Shown here in pieces: positions 58,401 to 64,000 of a DNA stretch of 64,000 nucleotides. The position numbers and the translations under genes are program-made. Positions within the stretch are counted from its first letter, which is position 1. Each line of letters opens with the position of its first letter. The notes under the pieces are model-generated. The model saw only the letters and a list, made by a program, of their open reading frames with translations. It was not told where the DNA came from and ran no database searches. Source of the stretch: an uncultured bacterium (GTDB lineage: Bacteria > Muiribacteriota > UBA9980); assembly GCA_964421195.1 (NCBI GenBank), contig CAYQWL010000001.1, positions 5,203 through 69,202 on the forward strand, in the 5' to 3' direction.

Positions 58401-60474
58401 AAAATCCGGACGCCGCGGCCGAATCATTCATACCTTCTTTTATAACTACGGCTTTAACGGTTACCGGTTCCATAATAACGAGCGGCTCGCTATAAACAAA
58501 ACCGTTGTTATACGACGGCGCGCTGCCGTCAAGCGTATATTTGATAAGCGCGCCTTCTACGGCGCTTACTATAGCGACGCTCTGCTTAGAAATAAACGCT
58601 CCGGGAGCAGGATTAAATACTGGCGCGGGAGCAGTTTCCGAAGCTATATTTACGTCGTAAAACGCCGCCGTAACCGCGGAATCAAGCATGCCGGCCTTGA
58701 ACGCGGCCGCTTTCAGAGACATACGTTTATCGATAGCGATCGCGCCCGAATAAAGCGCGCCGTTTGTTTGCGTCGGCAGCGTGCCGTCGGTAGTATATTT
58801 TATCGACGCGCCCGCCGTGGCGCAGCTTATCGCAACGCTCTGCGCGCGCGAAAACGATCCGCCCGCGAAGCTGAATACCGGAGCTTCAACCCGCGGCTTC
58901 GGTATGCTTATTAAATAAGGCGCGTTATTTACTATCGAAGATATGCCGTTAAATACGGCCACGGCCTTAATCGTCGTATCAGAAGCGAGCGTGACCGGCG
59001 ATTCGTAACGCGTACCGTAAGACGGCGACGGCTCGCCGCCGTCGAGCGTGTAATAAATTTCGCAGCCGGGAGTTTTTGAGTAGATTGAAACTATCTTCGC
59101 GCTTTTATAAATGCCGGCTGGCGGATCGAATACAGGCGGCTGGACCGTAGTTACGCCTTCTTCTACCTTCGGTTTCGCGCCATCGGTCACTTCGGTTACA
59201 TCGACGCCTTTCCTGCCGTTTTCACCCACTAAATTGCCTATCTTGAAAGTGACTTCCTTCGGGTCGGAGCCGAGAACGCTGGTTACCGCTTTATAAGTAT
59301 TCGTATCAACCCGGACCGCTTCGACGGTCCTGTTGTTAATAACTACAACCGGAGGAACTATCAAAAGCCGGCTGGTAGTAAACGATAACTGGAGTTCATC
59401 GCCGATTCTCACCGTTTTCGGAGTTAAAACCACGCTTGTAACCGATGGCGGCTCGTTATCGGATGCGCCGCCTATATTGTCCGCGCCGCCGTCTATTACG
59501 GCTACCGTCGAGCGCCCGTCTATGCGTGTGCCGTTTAAATCTATGCTGGTCGTTATTCCAAGCTCTACGGCATTTTGCTGGACTTTTAAATTTTTAAGGG
59601 TTAATACATAATCGGAAATAACGCCCGCCGCGCTCGGCACGACTAATTTCTCGCGCGTATTTTCGAATACGGCGCTTTTTTCCGCCGCGCTCATTTCGTT
59701 GGTAACAAGAACCGCTTTAATAGCATCGACGGCCTTAGCCATTTCGCTGATAACGCCCGAACCCGCTTTATTTTCTATAACCGTATCAACTGGCAGGCGG
59801 TCGCCCGAACCGAGCACGCGCACGACAACCTCCTGAGAACCTTCACTGCCAGTCAAAGTAACGAGCGGAACGCTTATTTCCATCCTGTTGTCATTGGCAA
59901 GAACGGCGCGCGCCGTCGATTTTGAGTCTATCAAAACGCCTTTCACATATATCTTTTTCACTTCTTTCGGAATATCCGAATACGCGGGCGCCTGTCCCGG
60001 AATGCATGACAGCACCACTTTATTCAATATTTTGCTCTTTATGGTTATAAACGGTATCTTACGGCCTTCGCCAATATTGATAACGGTTCTGTATTTATAA
60101 CGATATAACGAACTTTCGCTTGTTTCAATGACCACAGGCGCGAGCTCACGGGAAAGCGCCGGATCGTCGCGGTCGATAACAGCTATGGTAAATTCTTTTG
60201 AATCGCCGAATTCGACGGCGCGATTAGCGCCCGCCGGTGCGTCAGGCGCTATTATCGCCGTATTTTGGGCTATTTCATCAGGTATGGGGCCTTCTATTAT
60301 AAGCTGCTTTTCAGCGATGTCAGGCTGCGTTCCGCCGCCAGTCGAAGGAACTCCACCGCCGCCGCCGTCGCCACAGCCCGCTAACGGTAAAACAAATAAA
60401 ACAAATAAAACAAATAAAAATAAAATACGCATTAAAACATAAGGTTTACAATTTTGAAATAATAAATTTTTCAT
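52432..60474 (-). CDS. Giant surface lipoprotein C, proximal 2,680 codons: lipobox, Gly-rich linker, 4 CHB_HEX_C-like domains and about 21 tandem ~90-aa β-sandwich modules. It ends at an in-frame TAA.
   Basis: Signal 'MRILFLFVLFVLFVLPLAGC' then GDGGGGGVPSTGGG. Four 'IKYTTDGTLPTQTNGALYSG'-type units. Modules of the form 'VSWxEQEGVxYxAKLxKNGG...YxKGxxIxEEGxYxLEVTAxKKxxNGLSxxSxVSFTIDKTxPxAPVIxGV'. RBS AAGGAG. Confidence 0.85.
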   Translation of the reverse strand: MKNLLFQNCKPYVLMRILFLFVLFVLFVLPLAGCGDGGGGGVPSTGGGTQPDIAEKQLIIEGPIPDEIAQNTAIIAPDAPAGANRAVEFGDSKEFTIAVIDRDDPALSRELAPVVIETSESSLYRYKYRTVINIGEGRKIPFITIKSKILNKVVLSCIPGQAPAYSDIPKEVKKIYVKGVLIDSKSTARAVLANDNRMEISVPLVTLTGSEGSQEVVVRVLGSGDRLPVDTVIENKAGSGVISEMAKAVDAIKAVLVTNEMSAAEKSAVFENTREKLVVPSAAGVISDYVLTLKNLKVQQNAVELGITTSIDLNGTRIDGRSTVAVIDGGADNIGGASDNEPPSVTSVVLTPKTVRIGDELQLSFTTSRLLIVPPVVVINNRTVEAVRVDTNTYKAVTSVLGSDPKEVTFKIGNLVGENGRKGVDVTEVTDGAKPKVEEGVTTVQPPVFDPPAGIYKSAKIVSIYSKTPGCEIYYTLDGGEPSPSYGTRYESPVTLASDTTIKAVAVFNGISSIVNNAPYLISIPKPRVEAPVFSFAGGSFSRAQSVAISCATAGASIKYTTDGTLPTQTNGALYSGAIAIDKRMSLKAAAFKAGMLDSAVTAAFYDVNIASETAPAPVFNPAPGAFISKQSVAIVSAVEGALIKYTLDGSAPSYNNGFVYSEPLVIMEPVTVKAVVIKEGMNDSAAASGFFDVNIVGPVLEEVAAPVFSPQEGKYTSYNEFKVKIITQVKDAKIIYTTDGTTPGAENGEIYSGPITINRSVQFKAVAVKDKMLDSEVVTAFYEIRNDNAAPAPPVISGVKDGAITPYEVSLTWNEQEGVSSSAQIIFNNEASQYLKNSILSVEGAYTLEVLVRKTANNTTNRASAAFVIDRTPPVVPAVIGIGTDEISARPVIFYWQDALWTKTTAKLIKEGGLKADYAKGYEITENGSYALEVTSVNEKNGLSAVEKLPFKIDSSVPEVPYISGIADNSQNASEVAAGWDDIEGVTLTAELSKNSGEASLYIKKTPIGEDGNYVLTLKAKKNDTGTLNSRSISFVVDKSEPLAPVVSGIEDGALTSSEVRIAWDESDFGAPLYGPNAKNKIVYRAEISKNGGRAERYLKNSVISLPGSYTVTVTAIKPNGLKKSKIIKFKIDKDAPDTPFITVADEGGASVVSWEEQPGVSYSAKLAKDGGEPVDYIMKTPVNEKGAYALTLTARRVDNGVIAIAKANFNRLFTDLVVGPRAVEIIGVENNAVVGKSVKIEWVTADGTTTKASIKKNGGNAASYEKGAPVNEEGVYIVEVEAVDSFTRLTSKSFVTFTIDKTAPPAPVISGITEGAITASEVKVSWNEQAGVETTAKLFKNTSSLSLMDSVEYEKNSAIKDEGVYTLEVYAKKTGNLMVTVSKVSFTIDKEKPDAPVISGVENKTVTAKSVNLSWQEVNGVEYFAKLYKNQGAAMIFNKDSEVSEEGAYVIEVTAKKISNGLSNMSSLSFTIDKTVPEVPVITGVKDGDILASGPRIAWEEKDGESVTALISKNGGTASEYLKGSFIEGDGSYSLTLTVKNNVTGVSNKKTIKFSVDSVYPEAPVISGVKDGSVNAGVVYVSWEAREDYEYSAVVTPEGGRSYAYVKGSPVAANGKYSVKVTAGKKNGLVKDSAVGFEIDNTAPRVPEVKYVDKGNGQSALEWPEVEGVKISAKIKVSSSKEFDYEKGSVIKIDDEQASKFSLVITALKERNGLSSTAVLYFNRTPAGFDAGPDYPVITGVNNGGYYSDAVFASWESVSGVSYYALLKKDGGDASLYEKNTQITRDGSYILEVIAEKALNGLKNKAAVSFKIDSALPAKPVITGLDDELDLSYIRRRIIFDHIHMREENQAWIDSYIQSKRDQITRDVVLSWREEAGVVYSAVISKNGGTAVGYGRGTMISVSGKYLVEVTALKLANQKTSKESVSFTIDREAPAPPVVSGVENGAITPYDVTIKWEAAGDSTGVSLQSYISKNGGVPSALQNGAVITEDGEYSLEVSATRALNNSTAKTLVKFTINKAKPAAPAISGIIDGAYTAGKVQISWNEQEGVTTRAKLIKTGGNEAYYTKDTVIEEEGEYSLTVEAVKNSTGLSNSSAVKFVIDKTAPSAPLITGVVKGAVTAGPVKLFWNDQQWCESSARLVKNGGLKIEYAKNYELSEEGAYTLEVSVKNIRNLLTSESSVNFTIDSRQPELPEITGVSENGIYGYEVKPSWDEIEGVTLGAKLYKNGAAGVEFKKGTPVSESGSYVLELSAKKNSTGVSASKKVNFTVNTDAPAAPVITGITEGAVSAVAVKLSWQEVSDIKYSAGLSKNGGSPEPYSKNSTVAENGSYILTVKALKTNGLSSSSKLSFIIDMNAPEVPIVSVKDEDGKSYVSWSEAEGVVYTAKISKDGGAESNYAKGSAVSEKGNYIVTVTAKRSANGLETKASVSFNREAMQILVAPEAPQVRGVEDGAVTGFDVSLNWQDLTSVITGGRVKKDGGEFADYKKGTAITEDGSYTFELEAKEPKSGLSSKRVISFTIDKKSPAAPVISGVKNGETAGGELKLSWNDQDGCETTARITKSGSVTTVQTKTEQSGNGQNDDILEAIYRLQLTNNDWYFYDMIMRGRNDEFLSFFDENISPTLKRNKLFVSRLEEYFKQQSQNSVQAITTTSTQSYIESPYEKNSSIIENGEYILEVTA
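60389..60420. repeat. 9-bp tandem repeat (AACAAATAA ×3) encoding the (FVL)3 core of the giant-gene signal peptide
   Basis: The C of each unit falls at 60393, 60402 and 60411 (period 9). Confidence 0.6.
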
Positions 60475-61133
60475 AAAAACTCCTTAATAAAATATTTTTT
60501 TATTTTTTTAATTTATTTTTCTATCTAATTTTACCTGATTCATTAATAAGCCTGAAGCAAAGGTATAAAATACAAAAACAACTGCAAATAAAATAAAACT
60601 TATAAGCCATAAAAATACACCATCGTTTTTAAAAAAATCACATTTTTAAAAACGACAAATTAATAAAAATAAAATAAGGTAACGAAAAACATCATAAGTT
60701 AATGACACTAACATAAATAAGCACTTAACGAAACGAATTATTATGAGCATATTTTTTAATATAAAATAATACGTTATATATTTATTTTATCGCTTATAAT
60801 TTCTAATGGTTATTATAAAAAATTCACATATTAAAACTACTCGCTTAAACTTTAAAAAAATTATAATTTTAATAAAGTAAAATTAAAATGAATTATACTA
60901 AAATATGATAACAAATACAATATTTTATATTTTTTATTTTTTTATTTTTTCCGACATTATATTAACGAACCTGCTATAAAAACTAAGAAAACACACGGAA
61001 CCTGGAGTCGATAATCAAAATCCTTTTAAACACCTTTAAATATTTTATTAATTTTCAAAAATTGACTTTTCTTAGAATAAACTAATCAATATAATACGGC
61101 AAACATTAAACAGACTCACAAATAATAAAAAAA

Positions 61134-64000
61134 TTATATTATCTGTCTTTCGGCTAATTTTTTAAACTCGCCGCCGTATTTCATTAATTCGTCATAAGTA
61201 CCGCTTTCTATAAGCCGGCCGCCGTCTATTACATAAATTTTATCGGCTTTTATAATAGTGCTTAGCCTGTGTGCTACCACTATTCTTGTAGCGCGCAGTT
61301 TTTCAAGGCTTTCCGATACTACCGCCTGCGTCTTATTCTCGAGCGCGCTGGTAGCCTCGTCAAATAAAATAATACGGGGCTTTTTAACCAATGCTCGCGC
61401 TATAAGTATTCTCTGCTTCTGTCCGCCGGATATACAGGAAGCCCCTTCGCTTATAACGGTATGCATCTGCATGGGCATCATTTTAATATCGCCGGCAAGC
61501 CCGGCGCGTTCGGCCGCTTCCCATGCATCATCTATTGTAAGCATTGAAGAACCGATTATATTCGATAAAATAGTGCCCGCCATAAGCTGACTATTTTGAA
61601 GCACCGCGCCGATCTGACGTCGAACGGCTCTTATATCTATTGCCCGAAGATCGCAACCGTCATAAAAAATAGAACCGGAAACGGGCCGGTCAAATCCAAG
61701 AAGAAGCCTCATCAACGTGGATTTTCCGCTTCCCGACGGACCGACTATAGCGGCGAATTCACCAGGTTTTATACTCAACGATATATCGTTTAAAATATTT
61801 ATAAGGCCGCCTTCATATTTAAAAGTAACGCCGCTTATTTCAACCGCGCCGTTTAATTCGCCCGGATCCTCGCCGCCCGCGTCAAATTCAGGAACCGCTT
61901 CAAGTATCGGCCGGGCGCGGTCATAAAGTATAAATACATTTAAAAACGACATCATTGAAGTAGAAATTTCGATTATCGACGAAAAAAAAGCGGTAAAAGC
62001 TGAATTAAAAGCCACAAATGTACCGGAACTCATAACGCTATTTTCACCCGGATAATTTATTATACACCAGAAAAAAACTCCGGTACATACGCTTATATAA
62101 ACCGAATTAAAAACCGCCGTTAAATTATTCAATATGTAAACACGTACGCCTTTTTTTTCTTTAAAAAGCGACGCCCATAAACCAAAAGCGCGTTTTTCCG
62201 CTCCGGCGACGCGAAATTTAGCTATCGCGGTAATTATCGAAAACACGAGTCCTGAAAGTTTTCCTTCAAGTTTTATTATTTTTTTCGAATAATTATACTG
62301 TATAATAAGAACGGACGTATAAAAAAATACGGCCAGCATGGTAAGCGCAACGGCCACAAAAGCGAGTTTCATATTATAATAAAACAATAACAAAAAATTT
62401 AAAACTGAAAAAGACCCGGTAAGAAGCGAACTGAAAATCGTCGTTGAAATCGTCTGCCTGACGGTATTAACACTCATCGCCCGCATCGCGAGATCGCCCG
62501 TGGAAAATTTTCTGAAAAAAGGCGCGGGCAAAGCGATAAGTCTGTCCCACACAGCCGCCTGCAATGAAGCGTCAAGCTTATTTTCAAAACGCATAACCGC
62601 TACGGAACGAAAAAGCTGAAACAAAAAAAGACAGACGGAAGCGGATATAAGAATGAGCGTCATTTGCAGCATCTGCGAACGTTCGATTTCGGGTATTAAC
62701 GAATCAAACGCGATGCCGCTGGCCATAGGCAGCAGCATGTTAATAATACCGATAACTATCCCGGCGAAAGCCATCATAATTGAATCGCGAAAAACTCCGG
62801 CGCCGAGTACATAAGAACCAATATCGGCTATAGTAAGAGAACGCATGGGAAGCGGCCTGTAAAACATATAAGCGAAGCCGGAAACCATAGCGGCTTTTTT
62901 CGCATCTACCGCGACGGGCCTGGCGGAACCGGGCAGATACAATTTATAACCCTTAAAAGACGATGGTATAAGCGCCGCGGGCCGGCCGTCTTCACAAAAA
63001 ACAAGAAGAGGGCCGGCGTCTTTATTCCACCAATCATCGCGTAAAAGCACCTTACGGTAACGAACCATCGAAACGCACGCTATCCGCTCTATAAAATCAG
63101 AAACGGATAATTCATTATCAGTTGCCGCGGGCGGTATTTTCATTTTTATACCGGCAGCATCGCCTATCATCATACAGGCGGCGGCAAGCCCGTCAGTTGC
63201 ATCATATTTTCGAGCGGTTTCATCAAATTCAGAATCGATAATAGACGCAAACAAAGCAAACGAATTATCGACTATAGCCGCGTCGCGCGAACACTTTTTT
63301 AAAAGCCGCGCATACTCTTCCGCGCTCTCATTTTCATGTTTTTCAATTAAAAGCCATAAAAATATTGAATGAAAAGCGTCAAAAGATGACCGCTCTTTTG
63401 TAAGAGATAAAAATTGACGGGTATCGAGCGCGGTTACAACGGGTTGACCGGCGGAGGCCGGATCGCCTTCAGATAAAGCGGAATCGCCGGCCAGTTCAAC
63501 AACGGGGCCCGAATCGAAACCGGACGAATTAATTTTAAACCAGAAACGATCGGTAACCGGAAAATAACCGGAATGTCCTTTAAAAAAGGCCGCGTAACTC
63601 GATAATATATCGATTTCGCCTTCAATTAATTTAATCCATAAAACTTCGCCTGTTCTGGCGCCGTAACATGAACCCGATGATAATTTAAGATTTTCGGAGG
63701 CATATAAAAATTCAAGATTGTTCGGAGGCAGTTTATAGCCGAGAAGAGCAAAAGTCAAATTTTTCGCCCAGCCATCAACAAGCGCGGCATGAAAATCGGC
63801 CATAACCGGATCGTCATTATTTTCATATAAAAAATCAAGATTTTTTTCTTCGAGCTCCGCTTCAGGCAAAGCGGACGCCGTTATTTTGAACCTTCCGCCG
63901 GAACGATAATCAAAACCAGCCATCATACAGCCTTTTTCAACGGAAAACAGCCATTCTTTACGCCCGTACGAACCGTCAGAAAGCAAACGCGTTCGATAAA
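61134..64000 (-). CDS. ABC exporter (6-TM permease + ATPase) with an N-terminal non-catalytic C39-like domain and an additional N-terminal domain; 5'-partial because the ORF runs off the window edge
   Basis: Walker A 'GPSGSGKST'. ABC signature 'LSGGQKQR'. Walker B 'ILFDEATSALE'. The pre-TMD region 'PLLVFCEDGRPAALIPSSFKGYKLYLPGSARPVAVDAKKAAMVSGFAYMFYRP' resembles the end of the HlyB/CvaB C39 domain, but the catalytic Cys and His are replaced (TDGLAAAC; LLVF). The frame stays open upstream of the TTG at 63986. Confidence 0.8.
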   Translation of the reverse strand, partial: YRTRLLSDGSYGRKEWLFSVEKGCMMAGFDYRSGGRFKITASALPEAELEEKNLDFLYENNDDPVMADFHAALVDGWAKNLTFALLGYKLPPNNLEFLYASENLKLSSGSCYGARTGEVLWIKLIEGEIDILSSYAAFFKGHSGYFPVTDRFWFKINSSGFDSGPVVELAGDSALSEGDPASAGQPVVTALDTRQFLSLTKERSSFDAFHSIFLWLLIEKHENESAEEYARLLKKCSRDAAIVDNSFALFASIIDSEFDETARKYDATDGLAAACMMIGDAAGIKMKIPPAATDNELSVSDFIERIACVSMVRYRKVLLRDDWWNKDAGPLLVFCEDGRPAALIPSSFKGYKLYLPGSARPVAVDAKKAAMVSGFAYMFYRPLPMRSLTIADIGSYVLGAGVFRDSIMMAFAGIVIGIINMLLPMASGIAFDSLIPEIERSQMLQMTLILISASVCLFLFQLFRSVAVMRFENKLDASLQAAVWDRLIALPAPFFRKFSTGDLAMRAMSVNTVRQTISTTIFSSLLTGSFSVLNFLLLFYYNMKLAFVAVALTMLAVFFYTSVLIIQYNYSKKIIKLEGKLSGLVFSIITAIAKFRVAGAEKRAFGLWASLFKEKKGVRVYILNNLTAVFNSVYISVCTGVFFWCIINYPGENSVMSSGTFVAFNSAFTAFFSSIIEISTSMMSFLNVFILYDRARPILEAVPEFDAGGEDPGELNGAVEISGVTFKYEGGLINILNDISLSIKPGEFAAIVGPSGSGKSTLMRLLLGFDRPVSGSIFYDGCDLRAIDIRAVRRQIGAVLQNSQLMAGTILSNIIGSSMLTIDDAWEAAERAGLAGDIKMMPMQMHTVISEGASCISGGQKQRILIARALVKKPRIILFDEATSALENKTQAVVSESLEKLRATRIVVAHRLSTIIKADKIYVIDGGRLIESGTYDELMKYGGEFKKLAERQII

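Noticed and set aside
52546-60442. Plus-strand ORFs inside giant gene C/B (for example 55495..55866, 60128..60442) and 46679..51000
   Set aside because: Same as above: antisense shadow ORFs of the giant minus-strand gene.

Overview
This is a 64-kb window from an unidentified, probably uncultivated bacterium. Coding DNA is GC-rich and intergenic DNA is very AT-rich. Several genes, including the giant gene C, are preceded by an AAGGGGG-type (AAGGAG/AAGGGGG) Shine-Dalgarno, and TTG/GTG starts are common. Lipoprotein signals, σ54 machinery and an ECF σ are present. About 40 genes are supported.

- **Cell-envelope block (2..4417):** a 5'-partial ORF, an extended-SDR NAD-dependent epimerase/dehydratase, a membrane-anchored alkaline-phosphatase/sulfatase-fold protein, and a standalone PBP-transpeptidase-like protein.
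- **TldD/PmbA pair (4614..7405):** a translationally coupled metalloprotease pair behind a near-consensus σ70 promoter.
- **Signalling genes (7408..10541):** a membrane class-III adenylate/guanylate cyclase on the minus strand, and on the plus strand a CheY-like receiver protein followed by an AMMECR1 protein.
- **Ankyrin gene (10562..12955):** a 797-aa protein with about 23 ankyrin repeats and no signal peptide, preceded by a small ORF.
- **Isolated atpD-atpC pair (13476..15241):** no atpA or atpG lies upstream.
- **ECF σ region (15273..24860):** an ECF σ/anti-σ pair followed by a co-directional minus-strand array of lipoproteins and secreted repeat proteins (TPR, PSPYTPPQ proline repeats, VWVDGGYEK and DGYYKDVK repeats).
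- **hldD (25254..26252):** preceded by a heptamer microsatellite and dual promoter elements.
- **σ54-controlled module (26298..38229):** a PAS-σ54 activator gene faces a three-subunit molybdenum hydroxylase (xanthine-dehydrogenase family). An LCM-type methyltransferase, a secreted α/β-hydrolase and an NCS1 nucleobase permease follow.
- **Giant surface proteins (38552..60474):** 21.9 kb holds two paralogous lipoprotein genes of 2,640 aa and about 4,637 aa. Each carries CHB_HEX_C-like domains and tandem β-sandwich modules; one has a β-propeller and the other an L-type-lectin-like C-terminus. The larger gene is interrupted by a single in-frame TAA.
- **ABC exporter (61134..64000):** a HlyB-like exporter with a non-catalytic C39-like domain, truncated at the window edge.

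No rRNA, tRNA, CRISPR array, transposase or integrase could be supported.
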